From: Octopus vulgaris
Lineage: Eukaryota
Length of the DNA: 64,000 nucleotides
NCBI GenBank assembly: GCA_951406725.2
Contig: OX597820.1
Span: forward strand, 63,860,001 to 63,924,000
Direction of reading: 5' to 3'
Part shown: positions 51,521 to 64,000 of the stretch, one piece after another
Position numbering within the stretch: the first letter of the stretch is position 1
Layout of the letters: each line of letters starts with the position of its first letter
Notes under the pieces: model-generated
The model's database searches: none
Told to the model about the DNA's origin: nothing
The model's input: only the letters and a program-made list of their open reading frames with translations
Position numbers and translations under genes: made by a program

Positions 51521-53949
51521 ACCCTACGTGATTAATCAGTCATGTATGCGCGCGCACGTTTATGCAAGCCGTATGCAGATGTAATTGAACATATGTGTAT
51601 TCCAAGAATAACATTAGGAAAATGCATGAGCTTCTTTTCGCTGCACTCGTAATTGATATTATATAGAAGATAGAAGCCAGACTCTTTTCTACTTTTTGTT
51701 AGTCCCTGTATTTTAAGTCTTTCATTCGAATCTGTTGTTACACAGCCCAATGCACTTTTCATAATGGTTACAAAAGAAAGACTACAATCAGGCTGCAAAA
51801 GCTGGAAGTTCCTCATTAGTTTACCATAAATATTCTCCTTTACAATAATTGTAGATAAAATATTTACATCTGCTGGGCAGCTGATCTCTGCAGGAGAGCA
51901 ATTCTTTTGTTAACTATCGCGTATATCAATATCAATTCGATTGTGTTTGATCAAATTGATGTTTATTTCAATATTCCAACAATATCCCTTATAAAGATGT
52001 GGACACAATCTGGTTGTGGTGCATCTATTGTATGTCTGTCGAAACAATCTTTCCTGTGGATAGCATTGTAAATGGTTTAGCAACAATGCCATACCTCAAA
52101 AAGATATAGTACTTTGCGGATATTCTTGAATGGTATCTTATGATATTAGACATATATTTCACATCACCTTAATACAATCGACGCCTTTAATCACGAAGTC
52201 GTATTTTTCTCTCTTATTTATCAGTTTGCCAATAAATCTTCCTGGATGGCAATAGCATATTCTTCTAGATGGGTTGTAATTTATCTATCAGTGGTTCCGG
52301 TAAGATTGTTATTATGTACCTTGCTGGTTATAAACCCATGCAAATCTGATAAGATGGATTGTTGTCCTTCAAGTCTCAGTTCATTTGTGTTAATCTAGGT
52401 TCACTTGGTTCGTGTTAGAAAGCAACACTCAGAGTATCTATTCTCAGGAAGTTGTTATTTTCGCTACTGGTACACAAATAATGTATTCATTTCTCTTTTT
52501 CTCTTTCAGAAGTGGGTGTCTAAAAGACTTGATGCAAAAGAATCCAGACTCATTTTAAGCCTTTGCCTCGTTGCACTCAATTAACGTAGAAACTATCATC
52601 GTCATTGCTGATATAGAAGTTGCCAGTGATAGTTTGGTTCATTCTTGTCTTTATATAATAAGTATCAGTAGTGAACAGCAGTCGAGATAACTGAGTGGCA
52701 TTCTACCCGTGAAGATTCCGGTGTTGGGCTTTAAATTAAAAAGTTATTGCCTTGATGTCTGAGTTGAGGAACTCATCAGTAAATATTGCTGCGTTTGACT
52801 ATGACAATAAATGCCTGACTGGAAATCTTGAGTAGTTATGGATTTCGCACGAGTAAAGTGACATAACATTTTACAAACCAATCGGCAAGAGAATAACAAA
52901 AATTATGCCTGTTTTTTGTTGTTGTTTTTTTTTTTATAAAAGTTAATATAAAAACGCTTTACTGTTTTTATGTTATCTAAATTTCAACATTGGAGATATA
53001 TTTTCTTTTCGTACGATACAGCTCCTACATTTTCGTAGGAATACAAATGAATAGAAAAAGAACAGATAACACATATTTATATGTATATATATATATCACT
53101 ATTAATGCATAAAAACATACACACATTCTGCCATATATACACAAATATGTATGAGTGTTTGAGTATGCCTGTGTATGTGTGTGTGTGTGTGTGTGTATGT
53201 ACATATATATGTATGTATGTGTGTATGTATATGTGTGCTTGTGAGTGTATGTATTGTTGTGATGCCTTTCACTTTAAAAAAAAATTCTATGTATAACATT
53301 TATCAAGTGAGACTAACATTGAATATACAATTTGCTGAAGAACTATCTCTAACGTCATATTCTAGAAGACGATTGTACAAATAATAACATTAATAATAAT
53401 AATTATAAAAATAATAAAGATTAAAATAAAATTTAAAAAATAACACCATAACAATATAACATTGTATTGTTCAAAAGATGAATATAATAAATGCCAACCA
53501 AAATATACGGAACGTTTCGATTTAGTTGCGGAAAATTTAATGGCTGTCGAATATCGCACTGTAACTATCACTACTAATGACGTTGAAGAGATACTAATAG
53601 TCTCTATATCGTCATTTGTATGTAACTGAATAAATCAGTGAATAATTGAATGAATAATTATGTATTAAATAAAAAGAAATATGAATGTACGTAGATATAA
53701 ATGAATATTTAATTACATATATAAATACATAACAGTAAATACAAAAAGACGCGAGGACAATAGAAGGAGTAGATAACATAAGTGGGAATATGTGCGTGTG
53801 TCTAGGTATGTTTATACTATAACTACGCATATGCACGTATATTTGTATGTATGTATGTATGTATGTATGTATGTATGTATGTATGTATGTATGCATGTAT
53901 GTACGTACGTATGTATGTATGTATCGGTCTGTCTGTCTATCTATGTATG

Positions 53950-53992
<43 letters not shown>

Positions 53993-54025
53993 CTCTCTCT
54001 CTCTCTCTCTCTCTACATATCTCTA

Positions 54026-54068
<43 letters not shown>

Positions 54069-54126
54069 GTATATAAGTATGTATATGTGTATGTATATAT
54101 ATATATGTATATGTATCTATACATAC

Positions 54127-54213
<87 letters not shown>

Positions 54214-54395
54214 AAATATATATATATATATAACCCATATGTACGTGGGTATATAGTGTGTATCTAACTTACATGCCGAAAAAGGTATTTTTTGGCCAGC
54301 ATTTTGCCAGGCCATGTTTAACTTAATAGCAACGCCAGCAGAAGAGATTTAATCATGTTTCATGTTAATGTTATACTTTGGGCACCGAAACCCAT

Positions 54396-54468
<73 letters not shown>

Positions 54469-54987
54469 AAGAGAGGGAGAGAAAGAGAGAAAGGGAGAGA
54501 GGGAGAGAGAGAGTATCGATATAGACTTGGTACCCCGTCTGGCCCGTTAAATAATGTACTAATTTGTTTGCTAGCTTGTTGAGTCGAAATCATGTATATA
54601 TGCATATATATATATATATATATATATATAGATATGTATAGAATTTTGACTTTAAAGACCACCACAGATTTGATGTGTCACATTGAAAGATTTGCGATTC
54701 GGAGAGGGTTTGTTTATAAAATAGAACTGTGAGTTTTCATGGCCCAGACTCCACAAACAATGCATAAACTGCATTTGAAGGCTGGTATAAAGATGATTAA
54801 AGCAAGTAAAATAAGGTACAATTATTTGTTTAAATCAGTCGTTTTATGATGTCAATGTTCATATAATTAGTTATAATTTTTAATTAATAAGTAATATTTT
54901 CTTCACCAAAGCCAATCATCATAACACTTTGTGTGCATGTAAGAATATATGCACATATGTATAAATATATGTATGTATGTATGTATG

Positions 54988-55021
<34 letters not shown>

Positions 55022-56318
55022 TGTATGTATGTATGTATGTATATATGTATGTATGTATGTTTAATCTAACTTCTGGATTTTTCGTATTTGAGGCAAACAA
55101 ATAAAGGTAAGAAGAAAAAGTGTGGCTGTGAATAGATTGTCTAAAATGGTACTACTAATGCTTTCAGTATTAAAGAAGACACAACTATATCTCATGGTTG
55201 CTTAAAGGAGATCGCTAGAAGTCGTAGACTAGTCTTTCTTCTACCATTTTTATTCCTTATTCCTAGGCTTAAAGCCACATACTCTTGGCGATGCTGGAAT
55301 GCTATTTCTCAAGATAAATTAAGAGATTCTGCATGATCTCACCTTGTCTTTTATATAAAGCCCATTGCAAAACATGACTGCATTGGGAACCGAGTCCGCT
55401 TAACTGTTGCATCTTCACCTTCTGGTGTACTGAGCTTAATTCTAAAAATGTAATTCTTGCATGCACCAACACTTATCATGCAAGATTTAAATTTCTGCTT
55501 GTTTGTTCTTTGTCTCACATCCTAGAAACCTGCATTTCTATCCATTCCATTCTCCTGTTCTTTGTTTCTCGACTCTGTTATCCTGGAATTGTTTTGTCGT
55601 TATCTCAGCTGTTTCCTGTTGTTTCCTGATGCCCTCTTTTCCGCTCCCTACAATCGTTTAGCATCATCTATTCTCTCCAATGATCCCCCTTTTCTTTCCC
55701 TCTGCTACAATCTATCAGTGTGTATTTGTAACGTATTAAGAATGTCAAAACAAATCAACAAAGCTATAAAAACATGTCGAAAGAATGAATTAGAAAAATG
55801 AAAACTACAACTGTAAATAATATAAAAATGAGATGTATCTTGAACATTAAACGATATTTAATCTACGCAAAATGATGTAGCTGTGTATGTGTGAGGGAAA
55901 AACTAAGAGAGAGGGAGAGAGAGAGATTATCTGTGTGTGCGCGTGGATGTGTGCGTGCATGTGTGAGTAAAGGTGTGCGAGCATTAATGTGTGTGTATGT
56001 GTATGTGTGTGCGTATGCGTTAAAAAATTCTTGTGAATCTACTTAAATTCATTTTAACCAAATCAAATTTTTCAAATTTTCACCAGATCATTTTCTAGAA
56101 ATCAATAGTAAAAAATTTACAATCATTTAATATTATGTCATTTTAGCCTATCGGCGGCGTTAACTTCGAGACGCGACGGATGTCGTGACTGTTTGTCCCA
56201 TATGGAAAAAGAGGTACGAAACCTTTTTTAAGGTCTCTTAAATTGCTAGAAATAGCAGTCAAATCTTCCTTAAACCGTACTTCACAGATGTGTGAGGGTA
56301 TGTGACTGCATGCCTGTA

Positions 56319-56371
<53 letters not shown>

Positions 56372-56945
56372 AAATCTCAGAATGAAATTGGAACATAATC
56401 GATAATGTTAAGTATAGAAGCCATCTTAACATGGCTAACCACATGGCTTACCCGAAACAGCTGTAAGATGTAATCTATTCTTATATTTATATTTACTTAT
56501 ATTTATATTCTCTTTTATATATATTCTACTTATTATACAACATTACTCTTTTATGTACACTTTTTTATGTTCATTCCTTTATGTACACTGATTTGTTCTG
56601 CTTTTTATGTTTAACCCTACAGTCTCTTATGTGGTGGTTTAATAAAGTATGTGATTGAGTATTATCTGGTAATTGATATTTGATTTAGATGTATTTCTCC
56701 ATTTTCTTATCTTGTATTAGTAATTTGTGGTGAATCATTTTACCTTTGCCCATATAATACAGTAAATGAATTGATTGCATCGCAATCATTAACATTTATG
56801 TATTAACTTTGTTGGGTACTTCACTAGCAGTATATTGGATATATGTTATCCCATAGAGGGTTGCATTTACAACCCCTATCTCAATTTGTATATATATATA
56901 TATATATATATTTATCAAAAGAAAAACAGGATGCAAAGGGTTTTG

Positions 56946-57030
56946 CGGTACATATGTTTCTGGCTTTATTGAACAATTTATATCAATGCATCATTGATAT
57001 AACATGTAGGTCAACAGCCTTCTTCAGCCG
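56946..57030 (-). ncRNA. Type I hammerhead motif with a long structured stem II insertion
   Basis: Minus: CGG-CTGAAGA-A-GGCT[...TTATATCAATG-ATG-CATTGATATAA...]AGCC-A-GAAA-CATATG-TA-CCG; palindromic stem III ACATATGT. Confidence 0.7.
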
Positions 57031-57158
57031 GGTACAATTACCACACCAAAGACATATATTACATTATAGCGGGTTTGAGAAAAAGTTTGGGAAAAGAACG
57101 AATTTCATTGGGAAGGTAAAACCTCATAGTCGTATACGGCATAGCGAGACACCAAAAC

Positions 57159-57221
<63 letters not shown>

Positions 57222-57249
57222 CGTATATGTATATATATGATATATTATT

Positions 57250-57602
57250 TTATGATTTTACTTGGGGTACCGCCATGAAGGGTTTTTTTTAGTCGAATGA
57301 ATCGAACTAGGACTCAATTCTTAAGCCTAGTACATATTCTTTCGGTCTTTGGCTGAGCTGCTATGTTACAGGGACACCAACACCGGCTATCCCGCGGTGA
57401 TTGGTGCATTAACACAGACATAAAGATACACACACAAGGAAATATTTTTATACGACAGATTTGTTTCAGTTTCCGACTACGAAACTCACAACATTTTGGT
57501 CGGCTTGAGGCTATAGTAGAAGACACATGCTCAAGGTGCCATGAAGTGAGACTGAACCCGAAACCATGTAGTTGGGAAGCAATCTTCTTACTAAACGGCC
57601 AC
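57250..57602 (-). mobile_element. SINE (family of 3277-3700)
   Basis: CTTAAGCCTAGTACATATTC...GGCTATAGTAGAAGACAC..CAAGGTGCC..GACTGAACCCGAAACCATGTAGTTGG. Confidence 0.75.
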
Positions 57603-57619
57603 TAGTCTCTGGATGCAGG

Positions 57620-57829
57620 CTTAGCTTGGTGGAGGTGCTTGTCTCCCCCTTGTAAACATAAGGACACAGGAAATGTGTCAAGGCCGACAGGAAGCGCTGA
57701 TGCTTCCTAGGGCTAAATAGAAATGGTGTGATTCCCTTCATGGGATTGTCACATTAAGTTGAGAGTATACAACTACTCTATCGTACCACTACAGCTTATA
57801 TCTTTCTGAGATATTTAGAAATTTAATAT

Positions 57830-57830
<1 letters not shown>
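57620..57830 (+). repeat. Second copy of the 20470-20690 repeat
   Basis: Direct sequence similarity to 20470-20690. Confidence 0.8.
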
Positions 57831-57868
<38 letters not shown>

Positions 57869-57870
57869 CA

Positions 57871-57902
<32 letters not shown>

Positions 57903-57905
57903 GAT

Positions 57906-57984
<79 letters not shown>

Positions 57985-58089
57985 CATATATATGTATATT
58001 TATATATTTATATATATTTATTTATATATATATATTTATATATATGTGTATGTGTGTGTATGTATGTATGTAAGTATGTATGTGTGTGT

Positions 58090-58290
58090 CTTTTTGTCAT
58101 CCCAACATTGCTTGACAACCAATGCTGGTTTCTGTGCGTCTCCGTAACTTAACGGTTCGTCAAAACAGACTGACAGAATAAGTACTTGTTGTACAAAGAC
58201 TTAGTCCTGAGGTTGATTTCCTCGACTGAAGGAGGAGCTCCACCAAGGCGGCAACAAATAACTGGAAAAAATAAAAGAATAAAAGAAAAA
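58090..58290 (+). mobile_element. SINE 3' fragment (family of 3277-3700)
   Basis: GCTTGACAACCAATGCTGG...CGTAACTTAACGGTTCG...GAATAAGTACT...GCTCCACCAAGGCGGCA. Confidence 0.65.
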
Positions 58291-58397
58291 AAGCATATAT
58301 ATGTAAGTATATATGTGTATGTATGTGTGTATTTATTCATACATACATACACACATACATACATACATACATACATATATACATACACACTCACCAC

Positions 58398-58448
<51 letters not shown>

Positions 58449-58828
58449 TATATACATATATAAGCTATAAAATATTGAACAGAAATTACTCTAGATAAAT
58501 TGGTGCACTGTTACAAAGCCTAAATCTGAAACGGTAAACACCCTCCCCTCCTTATGATTGCAAAACCGAAATAGAGGGTGGGAAACTTTAAAGCCCCACA
58601 AAATAAAAAAAAAAAGAAATAAACCGAAAACAGAGAGGGAGCAATATAAAGCAATACTGCAAACTTAAACTCTGAAGTAGTAGGTTTTGATCTACAACCG
58701 AGCCGGGTTTTAACATAACATTCAGTATTGAAATCAAATCAAAATTTTAACGATATAATAAGGATATAAGTATATGAGGTACATTACTACACCTACAAAG
58801 AATATACTACTACTGCTGCTGCTGCTGA

Positions 58829-58862
<34 letters not shown>

Positions 58863-58889
58863 GCTGCCGCCGCCACCACCACCACCACC

Positions 58890-58968
<79 letters not shown>

Positions 58969-58988
58969 TTATTATTATTAGTATTATT

Positions 58989-59342
58989 GAGTGAGAGAGC
59001 AGTTCATGCCATCAAAGTGACACTGGAGTAAAATATACGAAGCCCAATATACCCATCATGACTACCCGTCTGATAAAGGTACACCAGGCACATGCATCAC
59101 AACCATATGTGCGCGACATGGTGATCTCATATCAAGATAAACAGCACATGACCTTGCAGGTGGGGCCCAGTTAGAATTTTCTTCAGGTTGAGTAGCCCAT
59201 CCTGCTCAAACGGTCCCTGAATAAGGGTTGAATGTTGAAAGAACTACCCAAGAACTATTCAAACCCCAAAGAATCCTCTCAACACATGGCTATGATGCTT
59301 ACTTCTGCTCGTGATCAGAGGATGTTGAACATGATAACACAC
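58989..59342 (-). mobile_element. Non-coding interspersed element embedded in (TAA)n tracts
   Basis: Complex ~350 bp sequence bounded by (TTA/CTA)n on the left and (TTA)n on the right; minus-strand 3' end ...CTGCTCTCTCACTC-AATAATA. Confidence 0.5.
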
Positions 59343-59428
<86 letters not shown>

Positions 59429-59429
59429 G

Positions 59430-59602
59430 GGCTTACTAGCAGAATCGCTGGCATGTTGGATGGAGTGCTTAGCCATTTCCGTCCTTACGTTCTGAGTTCA
59501 AATTCCGCTGAAGTCAACATTGCATTTTATCCTTTTGGGGTCGATAAATTAAACACCAGTAAAACACGAGGGTCGTTGTGAGCGACTTACCCCTCCCCTG
59601 AG
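59430..59602 (+). mobile_element. SINE (first family), diverged
   Basis: TACGTTCTGAGTTCAAATTCCGCTGAAGTCAAC..TTTATCCTTTTGGGGTCGATAAATTAA. Confidence 0.7.
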
Positions 59603-60099
59603 TTGGGAATAAGGGCAAGTTGAGTGTGACTCACACACTGTGTATTATCCAATGAAATGAATAGATTCCTATATCCTCTTCCATTAAACTATGTTGATTT
59701 CTTCATGTTGGATCGATATGTCCATCTCATTGTTCTCATACTCAAAACTTAAAGTAGCCGAAGGAATTTGTTTAACGAGAAAAACACAATCATTTAAAGG
59801 TATTACTGCGAACGATCACACATCCCCATATATAAACATATAGTTTCACCTCATAATAAACACAGGTGTGTGTGTGTGTGTGTGCGTTTGTGTGTATGTG
59901 TGTGTGTGTCTGTGTGTGTGTGTGTGTTCATGTATACGTATATTAATAGGGCACGTTCCCTCTCGTGATTATATCTACGTTAATGCGTCTTAGTGTTCGA
60001 AATGGATATCTGACTATGTTTACACATAGATAAAGATAATCTCTCAATATATGTCTATGTGAGTGTGTTTGTTAGTTTGTGTGTGTTTGTGTGTGTGTT

Positions 60100-60167
<68 letters not shown>

Positions 60168-60326
60168 TAAGCGTGAGGCCACTCGTGTGTATATGTATAT
60201 GTGTGTGTTGAAATATACGTATATATACATGCATTGATACGTGAATATATACATATTTTGATATCTCCCAATGCATCTCTAACAAAAACAAATTGAAACG
60301 TATAGACACCGAGACACACGTATACC

Positions 60327-60378
<52 letters not shown>

Positions 60379-61429
60379 CAGAGAGAGAGAGAGAGAAAGA
60401 GAAAGAGAAAGAGAAAGAACGATAGAGGAAGCGGAACAAATGTTTCTTTTTAATATAAATACTTTTATCTATTAAAATATATACATCTAAATTTATTCAT
60501 ATTCTGTCATGTAAACAGATTCCTTCCAACAGATTCCTTCCTACAGAAACGTAAATGTATACACACACATACAAACATACAACACACACACACACAAACG
60601 CGCGCACGCACACACTCACACATACAAATACATACAGATAGAAACACACATATACACGAATATATGCTTACGTGAGTTTGTATGTAGGTATGTACATATG
60701 TATGTATGTGTTAAGCAGGGTTAATTTTTGTTTACATACATTACGGAGATAATTATTTCTTTATCATGTTACCCTGTGTCACAGATATATATATATGTAT
60801 GTTATATTATAACTAACCTTATATGTATGTGAGCGTGTATGTAAATATGTACATAAAATCTGTGTGTAAGTGTGTGTATATACTCACATATAAGTACATA
60901 TACATATACATGTATATATACACACACGGACGCATTCACCCGCACGTATGTTTATATGCGTGTGTTTTGTGTGAAATCAAATGATCGTAAGCGCGTGTAA
61001 TCCTGTGATAGAATATTTCTATGTGTAGTGGGTTGTGACTACGCTCGCTAACGCACACACACTCGCACGCATGCACAAACACAAATACACACACAAACAC
61101 ACGCAAACAAACTAACATACGCATACGTTTCTATATCTAGTTCCGATTATCAAAGAAACAAGTAACTACGTTTGTGTCATATCTAATATATATCAACTTC
61201 ATGAGTTGATCAAACATATCTATAAACGGAATATCAAAGAAACAATTAAACAATGACACAATTGATTTAACAAATAAACAAGTAATTCTTGCTGTATCTA
61301 AGGCAATGAATAAGTAGTTCATCTGAAAAATTCAGTGATAAACTGAAAAGAATCTACGCAATAGCGAGACCTGTAAGAAATAGCACCCTAATATCAGTCA
61401 AATCATGCATTGTTGTTTTCTAAAATGGC

Positions 61430-61790
61430 GCCCCACGCCTGCCTGCAAACCTCAGTAACCTTCCCCTTTAATGTTACTCTTCATTTCGATCACTTAGATT
61501 TTCAGCTTCGGAAAATGTCTTCTATTCTAGACTGGGGAGAATCAACGCGGTGGCTTTTCCTGTAAGACATAGCCTTCAATTGTCAATTAAATAATGCATC
61601 ACAATTTTACAATTTCACGTCAGCACGCCTATCTGCAAGCTCCAATTATTTTCATCTTTATGTTACTCTTTACTTCAATCACTTAGTCTTGTATTCTAGA
61701 CTCGGGAGCATCCACGCCGTATATTGTCTTGTAAGAAGTAGCACCTTAACCTCATCAAAATATACATTACGTTTTTACAAAGTGGCGCGA
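61430..61790. repeat. Diverged ~185-bp tandem duplication
   Basis: CACGCCT..CTGCAA...ATGTTACTCTT...ATCACTTAG...TATTCTAGACT.GGGAG.ATC.ACGC...TGTAAGA..TAGC occurs twice. Confidence 0.7.
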
Positions 61791-62059
61791 TTATCTTCTT
61801 GTTTAAGTTATCTTCGTCATTATCTTAGAGTGGAGTTTCTTCTACATTCTAAGCTTCACGTTACTAACTGTTATTTATCTGGTTTCAGTTTAACAAAGTC
61901 CGGCCCGTAATGTTACAGATATTAAGGGCCCGATCGTCTCTGATCAATCAGACATTTTGAAAGCATTTCAAACTGTGTATCTGCTTTTGAGTTTTTGACC
62001 TCAAGATAGAGGGTGATAATGAAGAACTTTTACGAAATAACATAGAAATTTCACAAAAT

Positions 62060-62500
62060 AAAAAGGAAACTGCTTCACCTGATCTGCTACCAGATAATCC
62101 TTCGATTCACACCTAATTGATCTAATGAAAAGCATGGACACGCTAGATAGCGTTCTCCTGAATACTCTTAAAAACATGGGTTGGGCATAGATGGAAAGTC
62201 TTTCATCATGTTTCAACACAGTAACACGATCTATTAGAAAGAGCAGCTAACTTTTTAAATCACACCTTAAATAGAAGGAAGGACACATTAGATATTGTTG
62301 TCATAAATACTTATAAACATAAGGGGTGACCACGAATGGAAAGTCTTGCATCAGAGTTCAATACAGACAAATAGGAGCAGGAACCAAACTCCGCTTTCAA
62401 TCACACCTAAATGATATACAAAAGAAAGAAAATGTGCTTTAGATACTGCAACCCTTAATACTCATAAAATTAGGAAATGCTCGTAGGTAGAATGTCGTCC
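62060..62500. repeat. Diverged ~140-bp tandem repeats of an old interspersed repeat
   Basis: TCACACCT...GGACAC..TAGATA...AATACT..TAAA...ATGGAAAGTCTT.CATCA recurs about 3 times. Confidence 0.6.
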
Positions 62501-62840
62501 GTCATAATATCACAACAGCAACTTTGACACAGTAAAGTGCATGTGACTGTCGGTTGAACATTTGTCGAAGAACTTTCGTTAAAAGAAAAAGACAAAAATC
62601 AAAATCAAGATTAAAGAACGACTTGTTCTCTAATTGCTTGATATTTCAATTTATCAAATTGAAAAGCGCTGAAATGTATTTTCAATTTTTAAATAAATTA
62701 AGGACAACACATTAGAGAACGCATTAAAAAATTAATAAGAAGATATGGAAATTTTACTGACTGGAAAATACAGTTGTTATTGTACTTATTATTATTATTA
62801 TTATTATTGTTGTTGTTGTTGTTGTCGTTGTTGTTGTTGT

Positions 62841-62894
<54 letters not shown>

Positions 62895-62903
62895 TGTTGT
62901 TGT

Positions 62904-62937
<34 letters not shown>

Positions 62938-63071
62938 TTGTTTTCGGTTGCTAAAGCTATTTGGAATGTCATTAGTCATAGAAAACCATGAAAACAGTAA
63001 ATAAATAAATAAGTAAATATAGTGAAGCACGACACCATATATTTGCGAGTGAAGGTGTCTCTATGCTTGTG

Positions 63072-63104
<33 letters not shown>

Positions 63105-63508
63105 TCCGTACATGCTTGTATAAAGGTGATATCTAGATACGCTTTCCAATTTGAAACATGGTCTATGAGATGGTCCCAAAATTAACGACACAATCGAATT
63201 TAACAGCCTGAATCGATGTGTTATTTAAAACTGACACTTGTTAGTTCACACGCTGGCTTTTTGCTTGTTTGACCTAAATTTCGCTATCACAAACGAACAC
63301 ATACACCTGCACACACAAAATTACACATCTTCATACATGCAGGCACTTACACACACACAGGCACACACACACACACACACACATACGCATATATACAGGC
63401 TCTTAGATGTTTTGGTACACTCAATGACAATTGTGTACATATACGTTCTGATATGAATATATAAATATATACACGCATCTATCAATCAATCTATCTATCT
63501 ATCAGTCC

Positions 63509-63583
<75 letters not shown>

Positions 63584-63685
63584 AATCTATCTATCTATCT
63601 GCTTGTTCTATCTGTGTGCAGCCCTGTGTGGCTAATAAAGAAACATATCTGCTTATCTATCTGTTTATCTATCCATCCATCCATG

Positions 63686-63746
<61 letters not shown>

Positions 63747-64000
63747 GTCTATCCATCTTTCTATCTATTTGTTTGTCTGTCTGTCTGTCAGTTTGTCTGT
63801 CTGTCTGTCTGGCTGGCTGGTTGGCTGGCCGGCTGGCTGTCTGCTTGTCTATCTGTCAATATCTATCTGTCTATCTATATTTTTATACACCACACAACCC
63901 ACAGATCCCTATTGATCGAACGTTTTTTTTTCTTTGTGTCCCACCCATCCCGACTCGAAAAGAAAAAACTCTACATTGTATTTCGTCCATTTTTATTCTG

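Noticed and set aside
51840-52870. Possible ancient LINE endonuclease/RT remnant on the minus strand
   Set aside because: Composition is suggestive but no diagnostic motif could be read.

Overview
AT-rich, microsatellite-dense, repeat-rich eukaryotic genomic DNA with no convincing host protein-coding exon. The SINE families present suggest a cephalopod (Octopus-like) genome; this is an inference. Most ORFs in the supplied track are artefacts of (TA)n, (CA)n, (TAGA)n, (TAA)n and similar repeats. The real coding content is all transposon-derived: a near-full-length R4/Dong-clade non-LTR retrotransposon with two frameshifts (RT + CCHC + restriction-like endonuclease, 15.4-19.4 kb) sitting in a TAA tract; four further Dong 3' fragments; a decayed mariner transposase; an internally deleted Ty3/Gypsy element with an LTR; a Penelope-type GIY-YIG endonuclease remnant; a CR1/L2-like LINE tail; a non-autonomous Helitron; and many tRNA-derived SINEs. 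The most striking unannotated signal is a set of type I hammerhead ribozyme (HHR) motifs (CUGANGA...GAAA...UH with pairable stems and mostly palindromic stem III) in several unrelated repeat families, usually inside long inverted repeats. One of these families combines a tRNA-like Pol III head, an (AAT)n spacer and an HHR tail, and occurs as head-to-head palindromic dimers; the large Dong element has inserted into one copy.
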